Assembly (NCBI GenBank): GCA_963662665.2
Contig: CAXXJS010000040.1
Coordinates: 192,001-256,000, forward strand
DNA: 64,000 nt
Direction: 5' to 3'
Source: Candidatus Latescibacterota bacterium
GTDB lineage: Bacteria > Latescibacterota > UBA2968 > GCA-2709665
Shown here piece after piece: positions 9,957-21,454 of this stretch. Under the pieces are notes generated by a model that ran no database searches, had not been told where the DNA came from, and worked only from the letters and a program-made list of their open reading frames with translations. The translations under genes and the position numbers were made by a program. Numbering within the stretch: the stretch's first letter is position 1; each line of letters begins with the position of its first letter.

Positions 9957-10475
9957 ATGAATCGATGTCTGGTGGTTCTCTTGTTCCTCTGCCTGGGCTG
10001 CGGATCATCCGATCCCGTCGGTGTGGTCGAACCGACGCCGTATCCTTCGGGTACGATGTTGTCGGTCACCGCGTCGGACCTGAATACGTACCTCGTAAAC
10101 GTTGCGCGGTCCTATGAGACTGTGAATGTGATGAATGCCGAGTTCGGGTCCATCACCCAGGGATGGAGGGGTGGCGTGGTTTCCACGTACTGGACGCGAC
10201 AGTTCATGTCGAATCTGATTGTCCGCATTGAGGAGTTGCAGGAGCGGGTCAAGGGTATCAGGCCGGATGACGCCGAATTACGCCGGATTCACGCCAGCTA
10301 CGAGCAGGGGCTGGCTACCTTTCACGAGGCATTTATCGCCTTTGTCGACCAGATTGACTTTCCCACGCCTGAAGGGATTGAAGGCGTAAACCTGCTGATT
10401 TTCAGAGGCAACAGGCGAATAGATGAATTCCAACTGATGTTGAGCAATCTTGCAGGAAGGCAGATTCAGTTTTAG
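9957..10475 (+). CDS. Putative lipoprotein, helical
   Basis: MNRCLVVLLFLCLG-C lipobox-like signal. Confidence 0.65.
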   Translation: MNRCLVVLLFLCLGCGSSDPVGVVEPTPYPSGTMLSVTASDLNTYLVNVARSYETVNVMNAEFGSITQGWRGGVVSTYWTRQFMSNLIVRIEELQERVKGIRPDDAELRRIHASYEQGLATFHEAFIAFVDQIDFPTPEGIEGVNLLIFRGNRRIDEFQLMLSNLAGRQIQF

Positions 10476-10753
10476 ATACTGTTCAGGACTTCTGAGACCC
10501 GGAATCACCCCTGATCCGGTGTGTCGGCGGGGAAATCGCGAATAATCCCCTATTCGATCCTGTCGGCATTCTGTCTCCCCTTACGTTTCATCGCCATGCT
10601 TTGCAATCCACATGCCAGTTGAACGCGCACGTGGACCGGGCAGCAGTCTGCCGTCATGGCAGAACGCAAGCCGATGGGACGATTCCGCCACATACAGGAA
10701 TATTCGTGAGCTATCGTTCAGTATCGATCCTTCGATCGAACGCGGACCGCTCC

Positions 10754-13700
10754 ATGCCGAAAGATTTCATTTGCGCCGCCGTCCTTGCCGCGGTCGTCCT
10801 CTGCATCCTTGGCGCGGCGTCGCCGGCCTGGTCCCAGTACCCGGACCTGGTGGCGTCTGTTTCGTCGCTGACGATAACAGAGGGATCCAGCAAAAGTTAC
10901 ACCATTAAGCTGGCGTCACGGCCGACCGCAACCGTCACAGTTTACGTTACAGGAACTCACGATACAGATCTTTCCGTGAAAGGCAGTCCACTGGAATTTA
11001 CGACAGACAACTGGAACTCGCCGCAGACTGTGACGGTGTCAGCCGGTGAGGACAGTGACGATGCCAATGATTCGGGCACGCTCAAGCACGTCGCATTTGG
11101 GATCTGCTGCTGCGGGACCCTCAGCGGCACACTTCCTGTCACCGTGGTCGACAACGAAAGGTTCAACCTTGTGCTCTCGCCGGCCTCGCTGACTGTCGGC
11201 GAGGGAAGTAGCGCCACCTACACCGTGAAGCTGGTACTGCAGCCCGCGGGAAACGTTACCGTCTCCATCGGCGGCACATCCGGAACCGACCTATCATTGA
11301 ACAGATCCGCCCTGACCTTCTCGACCGGCAATTGGAACTCCCCGCAAACGGTGAGGGTTACGGCGCGACAGGACGAGGACCGAGGCCATGACAGCGAGAC
11401 GATCACACACACGGCCTCGGGCGGAGGCTACGGTTCGGCCAGCGCAAACCTCCCGGTTACCGTGACGGACGACGACGTGGCCGATCTGGTGCTGTCTCCC
11501 ACCTCGTTGACTATCGAGGAAGGCCGGAGCGGCGCCTATACCGTCAGGCTAGCGGCACGACCCGATGGTGATGTAAAGTTGACCGTTGACGCTTTTTCGG
11601 GAGATAACCTTGCGCTTGACAAGTACGAACTGACGTTCACGACCAACAACTGGAATTCTCCACAGTCGGTGAGGGTCACGCCCGGGCAGGATCCGGACGG
11701 GGCGGACGAACGGGAAGGCGTTTGGCACGCAGGCTCGGGGGGCGGCTACGGGTCGGTGTTCAAGTCCATCTTCGTTGACGTGACTGACGACGACACACCG
11801 GACCTCGTGTTGTCGGAGCGTTCGCTGACCATCAACGAAGGAGAAAACACCACCTACACCGTCAAGCTGGCGATCGTGCCCACCGAAGACGTAACGGTGA
11901 CCATCGGCGGCTGGTCGGGGACCGACCTTTCCTTGAACAATTCCACTCTAACGTTTGACACCAACACCTGGAATTCCCCGCAGACGGTGAGGGTCACGGC
12001 AGGTACAGACATGGACGGCATCAATGATAGCGAAACGCTCACGCACGCGGCCTCGGGGGGCGGCTACGGGTCGGTGAGCAAGAACCTTCCCGTTACCGTG
12101 ACCGACAAGGACGCGCCAAATCTGTTGCTTTCGGACGGGTCGCTGACGATAGACGAAGGGGACAACAGAACCTACACGGTTCGACTGGCGACCCTCCCGA
12201 CGGGAAACGTGACGGTGACCATCGACGGCACGTCAGGGACCGACCTTGACCTGGACAAAACCACGCTGACGTTCACGACCAACACCTGGAACTCCCCACA
12301 GACCGTGAGGGTAACCGCCGGACAGGACGATGACGGGGCCGAGGACACCGCCACGTTGACCCACAGGGCTTCCAGCGGCGGCTACGCAGGTGTAAGCAAG
12401 GGCCTGCCGGTTACCGTGACCGACAACGACACCCCCGACCTGCTGCTGTCGACCAATACGTTGGGCATAAACGAAAGCGAAAGCGAGACCTATACCGTCA
12501 AACTGGCCACGCAGCCCACGGGTAACGTAACGGTGACCATCGGAGGTTTCTCCGGGACCGACCTTTCGCTGAGTACGTCGAGGCTGAGTTTCAATACCAA
12601 CACCTGGAACAGCCCCCGGACCGTGAGAGTGACCGCCCGCACGGACATGGACAACGTGAACGACAGCGAGACGTTAACGCACACTGCATCGGGGGCCGAT
12701 TACGGGGCGGTGAGCAAAAACCTTCCCGTAACGGTGACCGACGACGACGTGCCCAATCTGCTGTTGTCCCCTGGTTCGCTGACGATCGACGAGGGACTCA
12801 ACAGGACCTATACCGTCAAGCTCGCGACGCAGCCGACAGGCACGGTCACCGTGACCGTCGGCGGCTGGTCCGGTACCGACCTCTCGCTGGACAAGGACGA
12901 ACTGACGTTCGGCACCGATACATGGAATTCCGCCCAGACGGTGAGGGTAACCGCCAATACGGACGACGACGGCGCCGGGGACAGCGAGACGCTCACGCAC
13001 ACGGCCTCGGGCGGTGGGTACGGAGCTATAAGCAAAGACCTTCCTGTTACGGTCACGGACAACGATACGCCGGATCTTCTGTTGTCGGAGCGTTCGCTGA
13101 CGATCAACGAAGGCGAAAATGCCACCTACACAGTAGCGTTGGCAACGCAGCCGACGGCAACAGTAACGGTGACAATCAGCGGATGGTCCGGGACCGACCT
13201 CTCGCTGAACAATTCCACGCTGACGTTCGACAGGAACACCTGGAACTCACCGCAGACGGTCCGCGTCACGGCAGGCACGGATTCGGACGGTACGAATGAC
13301 AGCGAGACGCTCACCCATACGGCTTCGGGCAGCGACTACGGGTCGATAGGCAAGACCCTACCCGTTACCGTGACGGACAAAGACGCGCCCAATCTTCTGC
13401 TCACACCCACCTCGCTTCCTGTCGATGAAGGTGAAGACGAAACCTATACCGTCGAACTGACGACGTTGCCTTCGGCCGACGTGACCGTGAGCATTCGGAT
13501 AGGAACGGGGGCGCCCCTTTCCCTGGACAATCCTTCCCTGACGTTTACAACCAACACCTGGAACTCGCCGCAGACCGTCAGGGTCACCGCCAGACAGGAC
13601 CCGGACGCGGCCAACAACAGCGCAACGCTGACCCATACTGCCTCGGGCGGCGACTACGGCTCGGTGAAAGGCGAACTCACCGTCAACGTGACGGACAACG

Positions 13701-16700
13701 ACACGCCGGATCTGCTGCTGGTGCCCGTGTCGCTGGGTGTCAATGAAAGCGAGAGCGCCAACTACACAGTCGAACTGGCGACACAGCCAACGGCCAACGT
13801 GACCGTGACCATCGGCGGCTGGTCGGGGACCGACCTTTCGCTGAACAGGACCACGCTGACCTTCAGCAGAACAACATGGAATTCCGCCCAGACGGTGCGC
13901 GTCACGGCACGCTCGGACACGGACATGGACAACGACAACGAGACGCTCACGCACACGGCCTCGGGGGGCGACTACGGTTCGGTGAGCAAAGACCTCCCCG
14001 TCACCGTCACAGACAACGACGTTCCCAATCTGCTGCTGTCCCCGGGTTCGCTGACGATCGGCGAGGACGACAACGAAAACTATACCGTGAAGCTGGCGAC
14101 TCAGCCCTCCGGCGACGTGACGGTGACGATCGGCGGCTGGTCCGGGACCGATCTCACCCTGGACGAGACCACCCTCACGTTCAGCAATACGACCTGGAAT
14201 TCCGCGAAGACTGTGAGAGTCACTGCGGGCGATGACACGGACAAAATCGATGACAGCGAGACGCTCACCCATACGGCCTCCGGCGGCGGTTACGGAGGGG
14301 TGAGCAAAGACCTCCCCGTGACGGTTACCGACAACGATAAACCTCGCTTGATCCTTTCTCGAAATTCACTGACGATCGACGAAGGCGGGAGGGTCGCCTA
14401 TACGGTCAAGCTGGCGACGCAGCCCACGGGTGACGTGACCGTGTCAATCAGCGGCACTTCGGGGACGGACCTTTCGTTGAACAATTCCAGCCTGGCGTTT
14501 GACACCAATACCTGGAACTCCCCGCAGACGGTGAGAGTTACGGCAGGACAGGACGGCGACGCATCCAATGACAGCGCGACGCTCAGGCATATGGCGTCGG
14601 GCGGCGACTACGGCGGGGTGTCCAAATACCTTTCCGTTACCGTGAGGGACGATGATGTGGGTCGGACGCGGACGTCTGTCGCCGTGCAGGTGTCGTTTGC
14701 GCAGGCAACGTACACGGCGACGGAAGGCGGCGGTGCGACGACCGTGAGCCTGTACCTTAACCAGAATCCCAGGCGTAAAGTAGTGGTCCCGCTGACGGTT
14801 ACAATGAATGGCGGGGCGACACAGGACGACTACACCGGTGTGCCGGAAGGCATTACGTTCTATAGCAATCAATTAAAACAGTCGTTTGACGTCACTGCTG
14901 TCGACGACGACGTATACGATGGCGGTGAGAGCCTGACCTTCGGCTTCGGCAGATTGCCCAGCGGGGTCAGCACAGGCAAACATGCAACGTCACTGATCAT
15001 CCTGCAGGACAACGACGGCGGCGTCAGAGTGTCTTTTGACCAGCCGACATACGCAGCGGAAGAGGGTGGGGCCGACGCGGTGGTGCGCGTCCGCCTGAGC
15101 AAGGATGCCACACGCGAGGTTTCGATTCCGTTGACAGCGACTTATGTAGGGGGGGCGACGGAAGAGGACTTCCGCGACGTACCGGAGCAGGTCACCTTTG
15201 GCCGTGGAGAGTCGGAAAAGAATATCAGGGTCGCCGCCGTCGACGACGATATGGATGACGACGGCGAGAGCCTGACGCTCGGCTTCGAGATGTTGCCCGA
15301 CGGGTTCCGAGAAGGTGAGAATGCCGTGACCTCCGTCAATATAAGGGACAACGACGACCCGGTGGTTATCGTGTCCTTTGGCCGGCCGTCCTACGAAAGC
15401 CGGGAAGGCGGCCCTGCCGCCGTCGTCCGCGTGCAATTAAGCGCGGACCCGGAACGACGGGTGGCGATTCCATTGACGGCAACACCGGGAAATGGCGCGA
15501 CAGCCGGCGACTATTCGGGCGTACCGGACAGTACTGTCTTTCTCAGCGGTCAGACGGCAAGAGATATTGTGGTAACGGCGATCGATGACAACCTGAACGA
15601 CAACGGCGAAACCCTGACGCTCACCATCGGGACACCGCCCGAGAGGGTCAACGTTGGGAGCCCTTCAGCAACCGTTGTGCGCCTTGCGGACAACGACGAC
15701 CCGGTGGTTATCGTGTCCTTTGGCCGGCCGTCCTACGAAAGCCGGGAAGGCGGCCCTGCCGCCGTCGTCCGCGTGCAATTAAGCGCGGACCCGGAGCGAC
15801 GGGTGGCGATTCCATTGACGGCAACACCGGGAAATGGCGCGACAGCCGGCGACTATTCGGGCGTACCGGACAGTACTGTCTTTCTCAGCGGTCAGACGGC
15901 AAGAGATATTGTGGTAACGGCGATCGATGACAACCTGAACGACAACGGCGAAACCCTGACGCTCACCATCGGGACACCGCCCGAGAGGGTCAACGTTGGG
16001 AGCCCTTCAGCAACCGTTGTGCGTCTTGCGGACAACGACGACCCGGTGGTTATCGTGTCCTTTGGCCGGCCGTCCTACGAAAGCCGGGAAGGCGGCCCTG
16101 CCGCCGTCGTTCGCGTACAATTGAGCGCGGACCCGGAGCGACGGGTGGCGATTCCATTGATGGCGACACCGGAAAATGGCGCGACAGCCGGCGACTATTC
16201 GGGCGTACCGGACAGTACTGTCTTTCTCAGCGGTCAGACGGCAAGAGATATTGTGGTAACGGCGATCGATGACAACCTGAACGACAACGGCGAAACCCTG
16301 ACGCTCACCATCGGGACACCGCCCGAGAGGGTCAACGTTGGGAGCCCTTCAGCAACCGTTGTGCGCCTTGCGGACAACGACTATCCTCCGGTGAGGATCT
16401 CATTTGGCGCGGCGGAATACACAGCCGAAGAGGGGGGCGAGGCGGCGAGCATAAGCTTGAGGCTGAGCGCGGATCCCGAACGCCAGGTCACCATTCCACT
16501 TGACGTGACCCCCGGCAACGGCGCCACACAGGCGGACTACAGGGTACCAACCGAACGTGACCTTCAGCAGCGGTGACACGACCAGAACGGTTGAACTGCT
16601 CGCGGTTGACGACGACGTCGACGATGACGGCGAGACCGTATCGATCGGATTGGGCACGCTCCCGCCCATGGTCAACGCAGGAGACCTGACGACAGCTACC

Positions 16701-18854
16701 GTTGCATTGACCGACAACGACGAACGGGGCGTGAACGTGTCCCCGACGTCGCTGTCGATTGCCGAAGGGGATACCGGCAGATATACCGTGACGATTGGAA
16801 GCGCGCCGACGGCAGCGGTTACGATCGTCGTGACGGGAATGGAGAATACGGACGTGTCGGTGGACCGGACGCGGTTGACGTTCACGGCACGGAATTGGGA
16901 AGTGCCACAGGAGGTTGAAGTACGAAGCCGGGACGACGCGGATGCCATTGCGGATCAGGTGACGTTGCGCCACACGATAAGTGGCGGGGACTACACGGCC
17001 CTGGAGGCGCCGTCGGTTGTCGTAACGGTCCTCGAAGATGAATTGCCGGCGATAACGGTGGCGGACCAGCAGGCCCCTGAAGGCGCGTTGGCGATTGTAT
17101 TCGCCGTTGTAATGGACATGCCAAGCAGTGAGGAGGTTACGGTTAAATACGCGACCTCCAACGGCACGGCGGTGGCGGGGGCAGACTACACGACAACACA
17201 GGGAACACTGCGCTTTACGGCGTTGCAGACCCGTCAGACGATCCGTGTTCCCATCATCGACGACGATGTGGATGAAGATGCGGAAACGTTCACACTGACG
17301 CTGACCGAGCCGGCGAATGCGGTCCTGGCTGGCGGCGCGGCGATTGCAACGGGCACGATTGACGACAATGATGCCGCAAGTGAGGCGCTGGAGGTCCTGC
17401 TTTCGAGCGTCGGTAGAATGGTGGCAACGGATGTGATCAACGTCGTCAGCGGTCGATTCGACCAACCGATGGGAATCGAACCTTCGCTTACGCTGGGCGG
17501 GCTGCCGGTGGGATCGTATGGGGCCGGTCGCGGCGACCGGTCACGGTATGCCGCCGGATCCAGGCTCAGCAGGCCATCGACGCCCGGCGATGAGCTCTGG
17601 ATACCATTGGAAACGCAGATTTCACACCCTCACGGTCTGAACGCGCCGGCGTCTTTCGAAAGCCGGTCGAGCGCATCCGGACTGTTGTACGGCAGCGACT
17701 TCGAGATGCCGCTCACGCGCACGGACAGAGTTGGGGCCTGGGTCCTGTGGGGACAGATCACCCTGACCGGTTTTTCGAGTCTTCCAAACGCCATACGCAG
17801 AATGGATGCGGATGGCTTCACCGGGTACCTCGGCATTGAATACCAGATGCGACGGAATCTGCTGGTTGGGCTTGCGTTAACGCACAGCCGGGGCGACCTC
17901 GACTACAATCACGTGAAAACCAGAAACACGCTTGTGCCCAGTGACTACGGCATCACCAGTCTCATGCCGTATGTGCACTTGCAGGTACGCCCCGGATTGG
18001 GGATCTGGGGAATGGCCGGATATGGGCGCGGCAGTTCGGATATGCAAGACCTACTAGGGTTCCACGACGCGGATTTGAGGCTGGCGATGGGCGCGACAGG
18101 CGCCAGACAGGAACTGTCCAGTTGGCATGGCATCGGTTTCGCGGTAAAGGGAGACGCTTTCTACGTTCGGACAAAATCCGACGGTACCGTGCGACTGCCG
18201 GACGTGCGGGTGGAGGCCAAGCGGGTGCGATTGATGATTGAAAGCCGGCGGACGCTTGCCTTCGACCCCGTATTGCGGTTTACCCCCAGTGTTGAAATCG
18301 GCGCGCGTTGGGACAGGGGCCATGTGGAGAAAGGCGCGGGCATCGACGTGGGCGGAGGGTTCCAACTGGCGCATGCTGACCGCGGCGTCAGTCTGTCCAC
18401 ACACTTGCGGTACCTGCTGATTCACCAGCAGGACGCACGCGAGGAATGGGGCCTGAGTCTGATTATGCGTATTGATCCCGGATTGGTAAGAGAGGGAATC
18501 GTCATGGATATATCACCGGTTTGGGGCGCACCCGGAGGTGGTCCGGAAGGGTTATGGCGCAGCAATTCAGGACTGGGATTCGGAAGTCCACGTGGAGCGG
18601 AGCGCGCGGCGAACGTGCGCCCGGACCGCATGCAATTCAATCTGGGATATCAACTGTTGACCCACAAGAACGACGCGTTGGTGACGCCATACGTCGGGTG
18701 GACAACGGGTGTCCACGGTTTTCAGCGCTATCGCATCGGCAGTCGGCTGTTTGCAGGAACGGCCGTGGATATGAACCTGGAAGGCATGCGTCAGTTGAGT
18801 GCGCATCGTTCGAGCGCTTATGGATTGATGCTGCGCGGACGGATGCGATGGTGA
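10754..18854 (+). CDS. Giant repeat adhesin with Calx-beta-like domains and a C-terminal autotransporter-like beta-barrel (~2699 aa); frameshift near 16550
   Basis: Signal peptide, then 12 x 106-aa F-x3-WNS repeats, 6 VSF-x3-Y-x3-EGG repeats, one more F-x2-NW repeat, a canonical Calx-beta (VKYATSNGTAVAGADY...IIDDDVDE) and a barrel ending in W. Removing one A at 16549-50 fuses ORFs 10601-16576 and 16557-18854. Confidence 0.82.
10840..14660 (+). repeat. Twelve tandem ~318-bp coding repeats (boundaries approximate)
   Basis: Recurrent TGGAAYTC motif at a 318-bp period; antisense ORF ends at 11854, 12172, 12490, 12808 and 13126 share this period. Confidence 0.9.
15347..16372 (+). repeat. Three near-identical tandem 342-bp coding repeats
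   Basis: GACAACGAC unit starts at 15347, 15689, 16031 and 16373; only a few substitutions between copies. Confidence 0.95.
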
Positions 18855-19031
18855 GAGAAAAACGGGGAGACGGAAGACGGAGGAAGTAAGAGGGCCGCAC
18901 CGCGGCCACCGGACGATACGGACCTGCGATATCGGTGTCATGGACGTCCGTTTCTCGTAGCGGCGGTTGGCGAATCGCTCGCGTTTTTTTCCATAAAGAC
19001 TTAAAAAATATATAATAATATGTAAACACAC

Positions 19032-19057
19032 AAAGAGGATCCTTAAGGATCCTCTTT
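19032..19057. promoter_or_regulatory. Perfect 26-bp palindrome in AT-rich intergenic DNA (possible operator or hairpin)
   Basis: AAAGAGGATCCTTAAGGATCCTCTTT equals its own reverse complement. Confidence 0.5.
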
Positions 19058-19293
19058 TAATTTGTGCTCGTTGACGAGCCTCGAAACCTTCACATTTTTT
19101 CTGAAGGGATGCCGAAGCGTTTACATTTTTTTGAACCGGTGCCCTGCAACATGTGTCTTACTATAGGGAACGGATGCATCCCAGGCCCGGTGGCCTGTCA
19201 CGTGGCTCTTTTGTATATCAAGCCTTGTATCTTAAAGTTCCATTCAGCCGATAACCGGAAAGTTATGTTCTCGGGTTGCAAGGAGATCCAGAA

Positions 19294-21333
19294 ATGGTAC
19301 GGTTTGCGCTGGCGGTTTGCCTTGCCGCATTGAGTACGACCCGTGTCGATGCCGCACGGTCCGATCCGGCGAAGGTGGACTCGCTGCTGGCCGCTGCGGC
19401 GGATTCGCTACTCGATCGGGAACGACGCGAAGCCCTGATGAAGCGTGCGCTGAGGCATGACCGGTCCGGAAAGACGATGCACGCACTGGCGCGGTTTTAC
19501 ATGGCGCAGGGCACGCCGGTATCCCGACAGACGGCAGGCCACTGGCTGCTGCGGGCCGTGATGCGTGAGCGCGACCACCCGGATTATCTGGCAACCCATG
19601 CTGAACTGTTATGGCGGACGTTGCAGCGTCCGGATTCTTACAGAAAAGCGCTCCAGGTTCTGAAACTGGATCCCGACCATGTAGCTGGCCTCTTCTGGGC
19701 AGGGCGTTTCGCGGTCTGGGCCTGGGAGATGACCTATTTTACGGACAGACTCGATGACGACACCAAAGCGGCAATCGGGAGGTATTCAATCCGAGGCGGA
19801 AAAACACTGACGTTCGTCGAATATCCGGACCTCGACATCGAAAGTGGAATCGGCTACCTCACCCGCGTCATCAGCCTGGACCCCGTCCACTGGCCGTCAC
19901 ACCACTATCTCGGGCTTGCCTATTTCGCCGCCGACATGGCCGGGCCGCTGATCGACCTCTTCGAAGCCTATCGAAAGCGCCGGCCGGAGAATTGGAACGC
20001 CCACTTTTTCGCCGGCCTGGGTTATCAGATGAATGGCAACCTTGAAGCGGCCTATCGGGCCTACACGGACGGGCTGGACCGGATGACCGATACCGCCCGC
20101 AGGTTCATGCAGTCGCTCTTCCTGATTCGAGACCCCGGTCGGGATAAACGGGGTGAACCGCCCCCCAGCGAAGTAGAAATCCGCGAGTTCTGGCTGGAAA
20201 AGGACCCGATGTACCTGACGTCGGTCAACGAACGCCTGCTGGAACAGTGCCGACGCGTGGCCTACGCAAACCTGCGGTTCTCCGATCCCACACTCGGGCG
20301 GGAGGGCTGGCAGACCGATATGGGGCAGGTCTATATCCGGTACGGAGACCCGCGCGTCCGGTACATGGACGGCCCCGGCAGGGGCCGGAAGGACGTCTGG
20401 GACTATGGCCCGTTTACAGTGATATTCGTCCCCACGGTTACATGGGACTCCTGGCGGTTCGTAACGGCCAGACTGGGCAATAAACGCCTGAAACTCGAAC
20501 AATTGGTGGAGGAGGTACCAGATATCTATCAGCATCCGCTGCAATATGATGCTCCCTGCCAGACTGCGCAGTTCCGGCATGGCGACGGCAATACGCGAAT
20601 CGAAGTGTATTACGCGCTTCCGGATGAAAACGTGCGTCATACTCTGTCGGCAGACAATGGAAATGCCGGAGTGGACGCCAGGCAGGCGCTCTTTCTTTTC
20701 GATTCCGAATGGGATACGCTCCGGCACAACGTCTCAACCGTGGAGCGTTTGCCGAGGGTGGTTTATGAATCCACGGAAGAGGGCTTCCTGCTCGCCTCGG
20801 AACGCATGATCCTTGATCCGGGAACGTATTATCTGTCGTGCGAAGTCGAAGACCGGGCGACGAAGCGGGTGGGTACGTACCGGGAACGGATGCGGGTCAG
20901 ATCATTCGGACAGGACACACTGGAGATCAGCAGTCTGTTGATGGCGCGCCGTATTCAGATGCGGAAGAACGCGCCATACGGCCGTGACCAGTTTGCCGTT
21001 CTTCCGAATCCGTTGCAGGTGTGTCGAAGGCAAGGGCATGCGTGGTTCTATTTCGAAATCTACAATCTTTCGCGTGAGGAATTCGGAACCACGCACTACC
21101 GCATCAGCTATCAGATGCAGTCGCTGCCGGAGGGGTCGGCGCGCACGTCGGGGGGCGACTGGACAACGGCCGTTTCGTACTCTTACCGTGGCGTGAGGGA
21201 CTGGGAGCCGCGCTACCTCCGCGTGGATATGGACGGCGCATCGCCGGGTCCGAGGGCGTTTCGAGTTGTGGTGGAGGACCTGCACACCGGGCGAAGCGCC
21301 ATGGCGGAAACACGTTTCAGAGTCAGATGGTAA
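19294..21333 (+). CDS. GWxTD domain protein with TPR-like repeats, exported
   Basis: Signal peptide; FWLEKDP...NE...RVAYAN..F...GWQTDMGQVYIRYGDP; AAGGAG RBS. Confidence 0.88.
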   Translation: MVRFALAVCLAALSTTRVDAARSDPAKVDSLLAAAADSLLDRERREALMKRALRHDRSGKTMHALARFYMAQGTPVSRQTAGHWLLRAVMRERDHPDYLATHAELLWRTLQRPDSYRKALQVLKLDPDHVAGLFWAGRFAVWAWEMTYFTDRLDDDTKAAIGRYSIRGGKTLTFVEYPDLDIESGIGYLTRVISLDPVHWPSHHYLGLAYFAADMAGPLIDLFEAYRKRRPENWNAHFFAGLGYQMNGNLEAAYRAYTDGLDRMTDTARRFMQSLFLIRDPGRDKRGEPPPSEVEIREFWLEKDPMYLTSVNERLLEQCRRVAYANLRFSDPTLGREGWQTDMGQVYIRYGDPRVRYMDGPGRGRKDVWDYGPFTVIFVPTVTWDSWRFVTARLGNKRLKLEQLVEEVPDIYQHPLQYDAPCQTAQFRHGDGNTRIEVYYALPDENVRHTLSADNGNAGVDARQALFLFDSEWDTLRHNVSTVERLPRVVYESTEEGFLLASERMILDPGTYYLSCEVEDRATKRVGTYRERMRVRSFGQDTLEISSLLMARRIQMRKNAPYGRDQFAVLPNPLQVCRRQGHAWFYFEIYNLSREEFGTTHYRISYQMQSLPEGSARTSGGDWTTAVSYSYRGVRDWEPRYLRVDMDGASPGPRAFRVVVEDLHTGRSAMAETRFRVRW

Positions 21334-21380
21334 CGGAATTCACGCACTGAATTCAGTCCAGGACCTGCACAATGAACACA

Positions 21381-21414
21381 AACGAGGGCCAAGGCATTAA
21401 CCTCGGCCCTCGTT
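21381..21414. terminator. Hairpin between convergent genes
   Basis: AACGAGGGCCAAGG / CCTCGGCCCTCGTT, 13 of 14 complementary. Confidence 0.65.
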
Positions 21415-21454
21415 CTTCTGTTGGGGCTCTATCTGACGTTTTCGCCTCGCCGCT

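Noticed and set aside
10840-16372. Regular repeats as a possible CRISPR array or DGR template
   Set aside because: Units are 318 and 342 bp, in frame and coding; no spacers, cas genes or reverse transcriptase in the window
16540-16576. Programmed frameshift or phase variation in the adhesin
   Set aside because: No slippery heptamer or long homopolymer; a single-base error is simpler
19001-19028. dif-like site (ATATGTAAAC resembles a XerD arm)
   Set aside because: The left arm does not match at the 11-6-11 spacing
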